From Saccostrea echinata (taxonomy: Eukaryota): 64,000 nt of DNA. Made by a program: the position numbers and the translations under genes. This document shows positions 30,192 to 42,780 of this stretch, piece by piece. Below the pieces are notes generated by a model. That model made no database searches, was not told where the DNA came from, and saw nothing but the letters and a program-made list of their open reading frames with translations. Where the stretch lies: contig NW_026889774.1 of NCBI RefSeq assembly GCF_033153115.1, forward strand, positions 26,102,001 to 26,166,000, read 5' to 3'. Numbering within the stretch: position 1 is the stretch's first letter; every line of letters begins with the position of its first letter.

Positions 30192-31673
30192 ATGGCTGCC
30201 GACTCAAAAACTTATTCACTGGGTTCTACACTAGCTCACATTGAAATGTGTGAATCCCATGACTTACCCATTGATATCATATGTGAGGACGGTGATGAAT
30301 TCATTTGTACCAAGTGTGCCAAAACAGATCATAAAGATCATGGTTGGAGCACACTACCCACGGCAGGCACCCAAAGGAGAAGAGAGCTACATAAATTTCT
30401 GAGGAAGATCATGGAAGAGGATCTGTCTGAGATTGATGAGAAGGTACAGAATATGACAAAACAGATTACAGAAAATAAAAAACTGTGTGACTCTGAGATG
30501 AAAAAGGTAGAAGATCGTTATGCCGAGATAATGACCAGACTGACAGAAATCAAAAAAAGCCATGAAAAAACATTGAGAGACAATTTGGTTAGAAAGAATG
30601 ATCAACTGAACCATATGAAATCTGAGTTAGACAAGAATAAGAGAATTATCGTAGACAAAATGGAATTCATGGAGGAGAACAACAGCACCATGTCAGATTA
30701 CAGCTTGATTGACAACCAGAGAGAACTGACGAAAGTGCTGTCTAAGATGAAGGTTCATATGACAAACTGTGAACATTCAGTGAGGTTCACTAAAGGTGAT
30801 ATCAGTGATGACTTACTTGAGGCTTTGGTTGGAAAAACTTTGGATTTAGATGATACTAGTGTGACACAAACAAGCTCATTCAAATATGGAGACAGACGAA
30901 TAATTTTTTTGAGAGCATTGTGTGAAGATCAATGTTACTTAAGACAATTTGAGTCAGCTAACACTGAACAAGTAAACACAGAAGGTGAGAATAAACATAA
31001 ATATAATATTAAACCTTATGACATGTGTGTTAGTGATGCTGGTGATGTTTATTGCACCACCTTTATTAGCAAATCCATAAGTTGTCTATCACCATCAGGA
31101 TCTGTTTCTACAGTCATCAGTACAGATCCTTTGGAACCAGGAGGAATCTGTCAGTCAGTGAGCGGTGGTCTACTGGTCACCTTGATAAACAAGGAATCAC
31201 ATCCTTACAAGTTAAACTCGCAAAGCAGACGTCTGGTGAGACACATCACAGTGACGGGAGATGTCATCCATGAGTATGAGTACCAGGAGGACGGCCAGAC
31301 CAGATTGTTTACATTACCAGTCAGAGTCACACAGAACAGTAACAGTGATATCTGTGTTGTGAACCGTTTAGGTCGAACTACAGGCAATCTAGTGATTATG
31401 TCTCCCTCCGGCCTTTTGAGGTCAGTTTACGATGGACAGAACCATACAGAAGACTTTTTGCCAACTGATGTAGTGTGTGACCCCCACTGTAACATCCTTG
31501 TTACAGACCAAAATAACAAACAAATCCATCTCCTGAGTCCTGATGGGGAGTTCTTAAAGGTGTTATTGACAGAAAATGAAGTGAACCTTCCATTCTCACT
31601 TTCCCTATACAAATCTACACTGTGGGTAGGATACTATGAAGGACTTGTCAAAGTATTTCAATATAAATTGTAA
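30192..31673 (+). CDS. RING-less TRIM-like protein (B-box, coiled coil, NHL-like beta-propeller), 493 aa, CDS without introns
   Basis: Uninterrupted ORF; first ATG in good context (aaacATGG) at 30192. B-box CESH-x7-CEDG-x4-CTKC-x4-HKDH, heptad-rich middle, NHL-like repeats (PYDMCVSDAGDVY, NSDICVVN, PTDVVCDPHCNILVTD, LWVG). Confidence 0.9.
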   Translation: MAADSKTYSLGSTLAHIEMCESHDLPIDIICEDGDEFICTKCAKTDHKDHGWSTLPTAGTQRRRELHKFLRKIMEEDLSEIDEKVQNMTKQITENKKLCDSEMKKVEDRYAEIMTRLTEIKKSHEKTLRDNLVRKNDQLNHMKSELDKNKRIIVDKMEFMEENNSTMSDYSLIDNQRELTKVLSKMKVHMTNCEHSVRFTKGDISDDLLEALVGKTLDLDDTSVTQTSSFKYGDRRIIFLRALCEDQCYLRQFESANTEQVNTEGENKHKYNIKPYDMCVSDAGDVYCTTFISKSISCLSPSGSVSTVISTDPLEPGGICQSVSGGLLVTLINKESHPYKLNSQSRRLVRHITVTGDVIHEYEYQEDGQTRLFTLPVRVTQNSNSDICVVNRLGRTTGNLVIMSPSGLLRSVYDGQNHTEDFLPTDVVCDPHCNILVTDQNNKQIHLLSPDGEFLKVLLTENEVNLPFSLSLYKSTLWVGYYEGLVKVFQYKL

Positions 31674-32614
31674 AATGTAAATACATGAAATGTAATATAC
31701 ATAAATGTTGATTAATTCCTGCATGCCAAAATTGACAGTGGTATGAATGAGTATCTTAAAAATCATCTAACTGTAATAGTTTGATAATTATATCTAGAGT
31801 TCTCATTTTTGTTATCAAACAAATGCATTCATAAAGTAAAAGAAGTAGATTCAATGTGCTTACCATTGTTTCAACAAAACATTTCTGTGAATTACCGGGG
31901 TATATTTTTGAAGCATGTTAATACACAATTGTGATACATTAAGCACTATTTACAGCATTTTCTAGAGAATCTTCATAGAATAAGATTTTTGATACCTCTG
32001 TAGATAAGGATACTTCATTATTTCGTTTATTAAACAATAATACTTCAATGGTATAAAATACATTATACAGAAATGTTTGAATAGTATTCTAGAAAGAGTT
32101 CGGGGTAGTTGCCACTGTTAAGGAAAAGTGGTGAAACAGAAACGTAAGAATTTTTTATCTGTTTTTCATGTCTCCCTGTGCCAGTCACTTTCTAGCTGTA
32201 TTTCCGTGAATAATATACCTTTACTCGCAACAGTTTCGCTGTAGTCTTGTCATAGTTTGTAAGAACTCTTTGGGTGTTATAATTTGCTGAACACCACAAA
32301 AAAGGCTTCAAACACACTTATAGAGATGTAGTTTAGGATTAAATTGTTGTTACTGTTCAAGACATCAATATAGTTTTCATCAGAATGAAAGAAGGAAATA
32401 TTCGGAACCAAGCTTTTATATGCATTTGTTCTAATCACATTTTAGCATGTAGTTAAATGATTATATATAAGCGGACAAGAAGTAGTGCAAAAGGCGTTAC
32501 AATATGATTACCGCTAAAAGATGTACGTTCACAGTTACAGCTGAAACATGTGCAAATATATCTATATTTACCAGCAAAACAAAACATTTAATACGTATCT
32601 TTCACTTTTCTACA

Positions 32615-32665
32615 CTCATTCGGTAGAGCACTCGCTTCGTAATCGGAAGATTGTGGGTTCGAGCA
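32615..32665 (+). mobile_element. tRNA-like SINE head remnant
   Basis: ctcattcggtagagcactcgcttcgtaatcggaagattgtgggttcgagc has A/B-box-like motifs but no complete acceptor stem. Confidence 0.45.
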
Positions 32666-33329
32666 CATTCGGATTGTAATAAATACAAAATTTGCATGAC
32701 AAATTGTCATGTAGATTTTGTATTTACTTCCACCCGATAAATTAAAAAATTACAACATGACACTATTACAAAATTTATCTATGATCAGTAATAACCCTAG
32801 AATACACGGGCGTTCATCTGTCTCAGTTCTAGGTGCAGTGATTGGTAAACAAAAGGGACGAAACATTGAGGTGATGAACTCGTTCGAGCTCTGCATGCTT
32901 CTATAGAAAGGGGAGATAATTTTCAATATGGAGATCTACAATACAAAGAACAGTGTATGTTTTATGTTTCAAAAGATCATCAGCATAAGAGATGGAGGTA
33001 ATGTTTTGTTCGTGACAGTTAGCCCCAAAAAGGTTAACTGAAATAAAAGATCAAGGACAATGAATGGGTTGACAAAATTATGAAGGGTCTGGAGGCTTAT
33101 ATGTATTGCCTGTGGATCCATGCATGTGTAGGTTTCGATCAAAGGGCTCTATCATCCATACTTAAACCTAAAATAAGGTTTAATGTTGGTTAGGAATTCC
33201 AAGCATGAAATCATGCTTCTGACAGGGTAAAACTCGTAAGACTGTTAAGCATAGCCAACTTTTTGTGATTTTTTTTTTCAAATAAAGAGTTGCATTTGGC
33301 CCTGAAGTTGGTCTTGATAACAGATCTTT

Positions 33330-33545
33330 ATTTACACACTGAATTGTCTACGGATTTTTCCCCGTTTTTTCCCGATCATGACAAGGAGCAAACGGCGGGT
33401 GACCGATCGGCAGTGGATGCTCACTCCTCCGTGTCACCTGATCCCACCTCTGGTGTATTTGGATGTCCGTGTTTGCTCTGCTCCCGATCTGTGTTGTTTT
33501 TGTGGACTTTGAGCTTGAATACTGTTCGTAATCTCCATATTTCAT
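33330..33545 (+). mobile_element. Penelope-like 3' tail at the junction of the pseudogene's internal tandem duplication
   Basis: atttacacactgaattgtctacggatttt...cacctgatcccacctctgg...gtccgtgtttgctctgctccc. Confidence 0.8.
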
Positions 33546-34319
33546 TGAGATGAGTAACTCGTTTAAGCTGTCTTGATAGAAGGGAAGATAATCATCATCA
33601 TGGAGTAACACAACACAAATAAAGAACAGTGTATGTAAAACGCTCAAAATAATTCATTAACGTAAGAGATGGTGGTAGTATTTTAATCGTGTCAATTAGC
33701 CCCAAAAAGGTTAACTGTAATTAAAGATCAAGGACAATGAATAGGTTGACAAAATTATTAAGGGTCTGGAGGCTTAAATCTGTATTGCAGGTGTATGGAT
33801 CCATGCATGTGTAGGTTTCGATCAAAGGGCAGGTACTCTATCATTCTTACCTAAACATAAAATCAGGCTTAGTGTTGGTTATGGATTCCAAGCATGAAAT
33901 TATGCTTCTGACAGGGAAAAACCCTTAAGGCTAGTTAGAATAGCCAGCTTTGTGGTCAATCAAATTATTTTTTTTTTCAAATTAAGAGATGCATTTGCCC
34001 CTGAGCTGGTCTTGACAACAGACCTTTAGTACACATTTTAGCTATGTGTATGTTTCCTGTATATTGTAGAGATCATATACATTACCTGTATCTAGTTCAG
34101 AATTGACTAAATAGACTTTTCCTGAACCTAATTAACAATCCTTTGTAACTAGTCTTCATATGTTCTCAATAATTAATTTATTATTCTATGTTATATTTCG
34201 CAGAAATGTAACAATGTTTGCTTGATGGCATACTTTGGTCTGTTTCAAAAGCATACATTTTGATTACATGTAAGTTACAGTCCTATGGAATACTCAGGAA
34301 GTGTACTTATAAAATATTA

Positions 34320-34672
34320 TTCATTATTATTTCGTAAATTCTATGGTCGTTATAATGACCTTGTTAACAAATATAACCCATCATTGGGTCGTATTTTGAC
34401 TGACTTGTTTCATACCAATCGTTAGGCCTTTGTATTTATACTGAATTTGACTACGGAATGTTCTTTCTCCCTGATCAAATGAGGCTCACCGGTCAACAGG
34501 GGATGCTTACTCCTCCTAGGCACCTGATCCCACCTCTGGAATTTCCAGGGGTCCGTGTTTTATGCCTCTTCACATATTTGTATTGTTAATAGATTTTTTT
34601 TTAGATCAGCGATTTGTTTATAGCTTTTTTTTTTTTTAGATCAATCGCTGTTCGTTTATCTTCACCATTTTT
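34320..34672 (+). mobile_element. Penelope-like 3' fragment (second subfamily)
   Basis: FRKFYGRYNDLVNKYNPSLG-like remnant, then ccggtcaacaggggatgcttactcctcctaggcacctgatcccacctctgg. Confidence 0.75.
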
Positions 34673-34879
34673 ATCTGATTTATTTCAGTTCATCAGAAAA
34701 ACATTCTATGTAACTCACAATCCTTCTGAAGAGGTGTATTCAATATTCTACATTCTATAATATATACATTTGCAAATGTTTTCTTTTATATAACACTATT
34801 AAAGCAATGCGTATCTATATCCGACTGATATATCGTATCAACGTATGAATGAAATAAATAATAATTAATTGATAAAACG

Positions 34880-35030
34880 TCATCGATAAACATGTATCTT
34901 ATTGTCGAATTGAAGGCAGGAGACTTCTTCTTTTTTTACGTAGAAGTTTTGAATAATTTCTGCGTCATAGGAATACAACAACAGGTCAGCTAATAATGAG
35001 ACACAATTGGTACCTTTGCTTGATCCCGCT
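34880..35030 (-). mobile_element. Penelope-like RT fragment
   Basis: GTNCVSLLADLLLYSYDAEIIQ motif in ORF 34880-35101. Confidence 0.7.
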
Positions 35031-35179
35031 TTGTATCTCTGTTTGTAAAGATTTTTTACAAAGTTTTGGAATCCAGTATTGGTATGGCAATTCAAAATCA
35101 ACTTGGTTTTTTGGGGGGTTTTTTTTGTTTTTGTTTTTGTTTTTTTTTTTTAATATTAAGATGATTTAAAACTGACATG

Positions 35180-35358
35180 TAATATGTGTGCTCAATATTC
35201 AACGTTCTATGAACTTTACAATCCTCCTGAAAAAGGGTACTCAATATTCAACATGCTACATGAAAGTAACAGAAAAGCCTTACTGAATAAGTGTACTTAA
35301 TATTCAACATTCTAAGTATTTTACAATCTTCTTAAGTAAGTGTACTCAATATTCAATC

Positions 35359-35401
<43 letters not shown>

Positions 35402-35625
35402 CCCAACTATCCTCATGAATAAGCGTACTCAGTATTCAACACTCCAAATGTGAGTAACTAAAAGGCCATTTGAATAAGTATTCTCAATATTATTATTCAA
35501 TATTCTAATCAACAACCCTCCTGAATAAGTTCACTCAGAATTCAACATTCTATGTAACTTACGATTACCCTGAATATGTGTACTCACTATCCAACATTTT
35601 TTGTTACTAACGATCATCCTGAATC
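35180..35625. repeat. Degenerate ~44-bp minisatellite (also at ~34700-34765 and ~37540-37810)
   Basis: Unit approximately gtgtactcaatattcaacattctatgtaacttacaatcctcctgaataa. Related to the few degenerate units in true COPS6 intron 9 (~18050-18190). Confidence 0.75.
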
Positions 35626-35739
35626 ATCAATCATTCCGTTTTCTATAAACCGGAAGTGCTAAAAGACTTTGAAAGACTATATACATGAACATTATGTTTT
35701 GGTTCCCGCCGCTAGGGCTTGTAACAAAATCGTCTTTGT

Positions 35740-37110
35740 TTGTAAGGCTCATTATTGCAACTGTATGTTAGAAGAATGTGGGTTTTATTCTTTTGCAATG
35801 TACATGTATCCGGAAATCCAACTTATGCTCACAGGTCACTTTTAAAGTCTGAAATTATTTAAAATCACATTTCAGTCTAAAATACGTTTAACATTCTAGT
35901 CTATTAGAGTGACTTCGATTTACCCTACCTATACAGGATTCCTAAACGTCATAAAATTCCTTACAAACAGAGGTACACTGCACGGTCACGCAAATGCTCT
36001 ACAAAGCCCCTATCTTTCTTCCTCACCAAAATATTAACTGCTGTAGAGGAGAAACTTCAGACTTACTGTGCTACAGCATATTCTAGAAGTGGTGTAAATC
36101 AAAAACTCCAATGAACTTCTAGAAAAATTCAAATTATTATTTTTTTTTCAAAAGTCAGTAACATCAAAACGTTTGACTTCTCTACACTTTATATAACCAT
36201 TCTTCACGATAAATTAAAGCCTAGACTTTTTGATATACTGCTTCTTCAATGAAAGTGAAACTTAAAATTTTTTTGTATTTTGTGAATAGACATCAACATT
36301 ACTTTTAAATATCATTCTGGTTCTACATACAAGTACTCTGAGGTTGATATTAAAAGGATGCTGGAGTTCTTCATGGACAACATCTATGTATGTCTTTGAA
36401 GACCAGGTCTTCCAACAATGTTAAAATTGCGAAGAGCACTAACTGTGCTCCTTTATTACCCGACCTATTTTTATATTCCTATGAAGCAAAATTTATTCAA
36501 AAAATTCTTCATGAGAAGGACAAAACTCTTGTTGTAACCTTCAACTCGACATTTAGACATATATCGACGAAGTTAACAATAGTTACTTTCATTCATATGT
36601 CGACTTGATATTTCAGATTAAATCGAAATAAACGACACTTCAGAGTCTGTCACATCTGTTTCATATTTGGACGCTTTAATGACTATAGAAGATAATGGCC
36701 AACAATTAACAATAAACCTGCATGACAAACAAGATGATTTCAATTCTATTGATAAGTTTATGAAACAAGGATATCAACAGTCTCGTTTTACGTCAACATT
36801 TCTCAAGTTTTATGGTCGATACAATAACCTTATCATCAACTAAGTCGAGTGCTGACTGACGTTTTTCATACTTATTGGTGTTAGGCCATTATTTACAGAC
36901 GAATGAATTGACTACGGATTTTTTCGTTTGCCCGATCATGACAAGAAACACACGGTGGCTGTGACCGGTCGATTGGGGATGCTTACTCCTCCATGGCTCC
37001 TGATCCAACGTCTGATATTTTTAGAGGTCCATGTTTGCTCTGCTCCCGATTTGTATTGTTTCAGTGGACTTTTTAACTTAATTACTGTTCGTTATTTCCA
37101 TATTTCATCC
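35740..37110 (+). mobile_element. Longest Penelope-like RT remnant (frameshifted), followed by another 3' fragment at 37115-37535
   Basis: Motifs LP..Y.IPK.HK.PYK.R, CSTKPLS..LT.IL, YSRSGVNQ, IKTFDFSTLY.TI.HDKLK, TNCAPLL.DLFLYSYEA.FIQ, FNSTFR.ID, then the structured tail. Confidence 0.85.
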
Positions 37111-40100
37111 TCACTTTTTCGATACTCAAGAGCATGCTCTGAGTACGATCTATTTTTAAACCGATGGGGCAACTGATAAATAATTTGTTATTACAGGGAT
37201 TTCAACAACCTCGTGTAATGTCAGCATTTCGAAAAATTCTCTGATTGTTATAATGACCTTGTTTGCAAATGCAATATATCAGGGGGTCATATTTTGACCT
37301 ACATGTTTCTTAGCAGCTTTTAGCCAGTAATTTTATTCTAAATTTGACTACAGATTATTCAATCTGATCAATACATAAGGTCACGATGGGTGTGACCGGT
37401 CAATAGGGGATGCTTACTCCTTCTATGCACCCGATCCCACAATTTCAGGGTCCGTATTTTATGCCTTGGTCACGAATCTGTTCTGTTTTAAAGATTTCTG
37501 TGAGATCAATCACTGTTCGTTATCTTCACATCTTTCATCTGTGTAACGTACAATCTTTCTAAATAAGTGTACTCAATATTGAACATCCTGTGTAACTTAC
37601 AATCTTCATGAATAATTGTACACAATTTTCAACCTTCCAAGTAACTGAGAATCTTCCTGAATATGTGCACTCAACATTCCATGTAACTTACCATCTTCCT
37701 GAATATTTAATATTTAATCTTCTATAGAAGCAATTTACAGTTATCCTGAAAGAATGTGCTTAATATTCAACCTTCTAAGTATTTTATAATGTACGTGAAT
37801 AAGTGAACATTCGTCTCTTTTTAGTGTAATTTTAAGTCTTCTATCAATTTACAATGAACACACTTTTGAAAACTGAAGACTATCTACTGTAAATGAAGAA
37901 CCAGTCTATCCTGTTGTGAATTTAGTGAGGTTTCAGATTATTTCATGTATCTGTGTATGGAGACCGGGTGTGAGATGAACGTTGTTGATGTCAGTCGACA
38001 ATAAATATACATGTATGTTAGATACGACTCCCATTTCATCCTTTTTTTCTCTTCTTCATGGAAAATTCGTAAAAAAAGTAATTTGTTGTGTCCTAATAAC
38101 TCAAATGGCCATAAGCCTGTTTATAGAAGGTATGCAGAGTCCCGTCGCTTCTTTATCAGTAAACATTACTTACTGATGTTCCATTGACATCGTTTCCAAT
38201 TCTCGAATCATTGGTCATCATTGATCATCTTATGTTAAGGACCTCACACTCCTGTTTCTTCCTCCTAGTGCTTGCATATTTTTGTTTCTTTCTCATACAT
38301 AGAACTCTGTACTGTGGGCATCTTCCCAAGTCAAGGGTTTCTAATCCACTCCGCTCCACATAAACCCTTGACCGAATAGACCGAGTTTGACGGCACTGTC
38401 AACATTCTGTCACAAAGTGCTAGTTATATAATACACAGATAGAATCTAATATGAAGACGGTAGTGAATGTTGATCAGTTTGATTCCTTAACAGGCTGTGA
38501 ATCTTCGCCACGCCTCCCCGTCAAGTGCAACCTGTCTATAGATTTGAATGATAGACTCTTCTCAGAGTGTTACAGCTATATATATATACGTAAAGAGGGG
38601 CGGGGTACCAGGCCTCCCTGTACGTCAGTCTGAGGACTAGATTTACAAAAGAGGCCTACTTTACTTCTCAGTAGGAAAATTAAATCCCTAAATCCTTTCT
38701 TTGAATGTTACAGTCTTAAGCAAATAAAAGGCAAGTATGCCGATATTTAAACAAATTCTATTTCTCTTGAAAACTTGTTGAAAACCTTTTTTTTCTTTTA
38801 GAGTCAATTATCTCAAAGAAAGATGGCTTGTTTTGTAATAAATTAAGAAAGTTAAATAATTAATTGACAAAATTGCGGAGGTATTTGCAGTTTTACATGA
38901 ATTTACATTTACTTTGTTTTCCCTTCATTAAAAGCATTAGATAATTTCTGGTGATATAGATCTACACATAACACAGAAGACCCAATAACAAAAGCCTGTA
39001 GGGCGTATTAATACAGCAAACAACAGTTTAAAATATATATATGAACTCTCTACAAGATATACTAACATTGTATAACTTTGTTAATAATTGAAGTTATTTG
39101 CAATCAGATTTCAAAAAAAATTAAAAATCCGATAATTAAATCTTTCAGTGTTTTGCATTCTTTTTTTTTTTTACAGCACTGATATATATAGGCTGTGCAT
39201 GGTAGCCAAAGCATTACTGTATTATCTTTTTATGTACAAAAGAAGGAAACCTGTAAATAGATATCTTAAAATAAGTCCTGTGGTTCATTTTATTTTATTT
39301 TGAAACGTCATTATAAACGAATTAAAATGGCAAAACCTGGGAATATCTTAAAATTATGAAAAAAGATACATAATTTTTCATTTTTTTTAGTGTCTCGTGT
39401 GTCTTTGAGGCAGGGTGCCGATATTTTAATTTTATATGCAATTAACTGTAATTGCGTTAATTTATTTGTATAATATTTGGCATGTGACACTAGTACTTTT
39501 ACAGTGGTATTTTCCAATGGCTCTTCAGTTAATTGCAATTTAACTTACATGAAGGGTAAAGCGGAAATTTTAGAATATAATTTAAAATTGCAAAGCATGG
39601 GTTCAAAAAATGTAAATATAAGCATTAAATCAATATTTTTGGAAAGATATAGTTTTATAACTGCAGCGGTTTGTGCAAACAGGTTTGCATAATTTGCACA
39701 CTCTGTTGCAAATATGAGACTTCATCTTTAATGAACAATGCTTAAAAAAAACACTTACGAGATGATTTCATTGAAAGATCGCCTCTTATCTGGTTTTAAG
39801 AATAAATAGCACGGGGTGATAGTAAGGATTATGTTGGTAACCAGACTACACATTAATGTAGCTAACTAATGCTGTAGATACGGTATTTTACAGGTACTTG
39901 ACTTTATAGTCGATGGCTTACTGACACCTGTGAAATAATCAGTCTGAAACATTAAAGTCAAGTGGCCCATTTTGAGGATACTTCAGACTTTGAAGCGAGT
40001 CATTACCAAAAGTAAAAAGCCGTATCCTCTCTACATCGAAGATAATATAAAAAAGCAAGGGTAAAAAATTAATAAAAAAAAAATAATATACCAGCCGCCG

Positions 40101-41108
40101 CGGTCGGGGTTAGATGTTTTAATTGATGTCTGATAGGGATTAACACGCTGAATCCTTACCTCGCAAGACTTGGCGAATCACGAGTGTTTTCAGGTTGTTC
40201 ATACGCAATAAATATCAGCGGTTGGTTCGAAGGGAGATGTTGAAATTCAAGCTTAAGTGGTAAAAATTATTATTTTTTTTATATATATATATATATATAA
40301 AAGATCAATATATGTATATGATGCATTGGTTTTCTAAAGTATGAAAATTTAAGGGGGGGGGGGGTATTGAAAAAGTAACATTCAATAGCGCCTTACATGT
40401 ATATTCATTGAAAATTACATTATTTCACAGTGTTAATTGATGTAACACCACGTGAATTATTACCAAGGATAAGACTTGTCATATTGGGATTTTTTACACC
40501 AAAATTGCAGTGATTGTTCATTCGACATTTTTGACCTTTTAATTGATTTTAATTTATATATGATGTCCTTAATGGATCGTCAAATAAAAAAAAAGATAGG
40601 TAAAAGCAGAAAAAGTGATGTACATTTAAACAGGATGTCATGAATATAGAGAATAGTCCAGATTACCAAAATTGTCAAAGATTTAAGGAAGCACTGATTG
40701 AACATGGGAAACGATCTACGTACATGTATTGCCGTATTTTCCATGTCAACAATTATTATATGCAAATACTCCTGATTTAGCAGATATAATATCTAAAGAA
40801 TCTGGACGCCTAGTAGAAATTATTATGTTCATCTATATAAAGACCCCGGCAGATTTATTCTACCACAATTAAGAGGAACTGAATTCTGAAGACTCCATAT
40901 AGTCCTTAAACGATCAGACCTCATACGGCTCAATTACTTTTTTTAAAAAAACGATCGAGGGTGATTTTTGACCTGATCTAAATAACTACCCCATACCAAT
41001 ACAACACATCCTCCGTTCTTCATATGGAATGAGTGAAAGAGATGACCAGAATCCACACAATTGGTTAGACTCCATTTAGTGCAATCTCATCGGTAGTGTG
41101 GACACCCA

Positions 41109-41207
41109 GTAGGCAGCGACATGCCTTTACTGGCGTCACATGTAGGCAGCGACATGCCTTTACTGGCGTCACATGTAGGCAGCGACATACTTTTACTGGT
41201 GTCACAT
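41109..41207. repeat. 33-bp tandem repeat, 3 copies
   Basis: Unit gtaggcagcgacatgcctttactggcgtcacat. Confidence 0.92.
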
Positions 41208-42780
41208 AAACACGGTGATGTCAAAAAGATTTACTGTTGTCAAAGTGTCATATTTTCAATTTATAATAGTATAATTAATACAAATTTATAATGTGACAAA
41301 TATTGTAATATGTATATTGTAAAGTTCTACTACTACTTCGTTGTTAATTTTTTTTTTTTTTTAAAAAATACGAGATAGTATAGGAAAAATCAGACTAATG
41401 TCGCATGGATTAATTTATGCGAATAATGTTCTCACTAGAAGTTGATCGTCCTCCTCAAAAACATCCGGAAAAGTCCTCCTTCATTTGATATCATCCGTAA
41501 TGTACATTGTACAAAATAACAAGAAGTTCCATGATACCCTCAACCTGGTATACCCTCATGCAAAAATCAGACTTGCACACCTGAAGCATGCTGTCCTCAC
41601 CAATCACTCACCGCCCCCGAAGTCTCCGCCACTGCAATAGTGTCAGGTAACCTCGAGTGATAACCCCTGCTTGCGGAGGAACACGGAGTGTTAAACACTG
41701 TCATTAATTCTCCGATAATTTCTGTGATTAATTTTTATCCATTTAATTTCTTCCGTCAAGTTCGCTTGAGTTTTATATCGTGCCAATATCTGGTGAGAAT
41801 AAAAATAAACCATAATAGATTTCATTAACGTCGATATCCCCATAAAAAAGAGGGGGTAAGATGCTCGTTTTATGAAGGGAAGTGCAAGATGAAAGATAAT
41901 GGATTTACATTTTTTGTTAAGTAAAAAGGCCTTGATTTTGAAAAAAAAAAAAAGATCGTATCATGTCTTTGGTAGATGAATAACTAAAACTTACAAAGTG
42001 GTTAAATTAAATTGTTTGCTTGGAAGGAAAAGGTTACATAGAGATCTTAAACAGCAAGTGGAACCGAATGTAAGTAGATTTACAGAGCAGTAGAATACAG
42101 GAATGGATATATCGTAAAAGAGTGTGAAGAGGACAAATTTCAAAACTGACAAAATGTTCCATGGAAAATAGAACAAAAGAACTGGATTAAAACTTTTAAT
42201 AGTGTTCCTGTTATGTTTAAGACTAATTTCTAAACTAATTTTATTTTACCACGTTAAGGAGACGGACAAAATAGTCATTCTAGTCCCCTTTTCTACAATT
42301 CGTACCGGAAAACTCGACCCGAACACCTCTGAAGAAATTTGGACTGGAATATCAGAAATGTGCCGTCAATTGCAGCTAATCCAAGCCCACGTCAAACTTG
42401 AAGAGTCTGTGCTAGCCGGAGAGTTTCATTGTTTAGAAAAATGAAAACTTATCGCGGATAGTTCTCTTGAATGACATTTGAAAACCTTTCTAGCGCGTTC
42501 TGTGCAAGTTTGTTAGAATTTATCTACGGTTAGGATTAGCAGATTTAGTGTGTTGACAGTCTCCAGATTAATCAATCTGTTTTGTTTGGATGCTGTGAGG
42601 ACAGGTATGGTTGTCTGACAACCGGAGACAGCCGACAATTCCTGCAGTTGAGACGTTGTTCAATGAGATAACATTTCTAACCGCTTTTCATGCACAGCAA
42701 GTAAAAAAAATTAATTGTACACCTAAACTTTTGTAAGCTAGATGTCTGTGGCGCCAAACTATCTTCACTGATGACTTAAT

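Larger units (their letters stand above)
32778..38830 (+). pseudogene. COPS6: Unprocessed, rearranged COPS6 pseudogene (local segmental duplicate)
   Basis: Collinear with the real gene: intron 1 end plus exon 2 (32827-32955, stop/frameshifts after FEL); intron 8 homology (~33120-33325); a second tandem copy of exon 2 end/intron 8 (~33549-34030); exon 9 start (34204, aaatgtaacaatgtttgcttgatggcatac); intron 9-like repeats; 3' UTR with gtcgacaataaa (~37899-38010); downstream flank (~38590-38830 versus ~19110-19350). Exon 1, exons 3-8 and the exon 10 CDS were not found. Confidence 0.88.
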
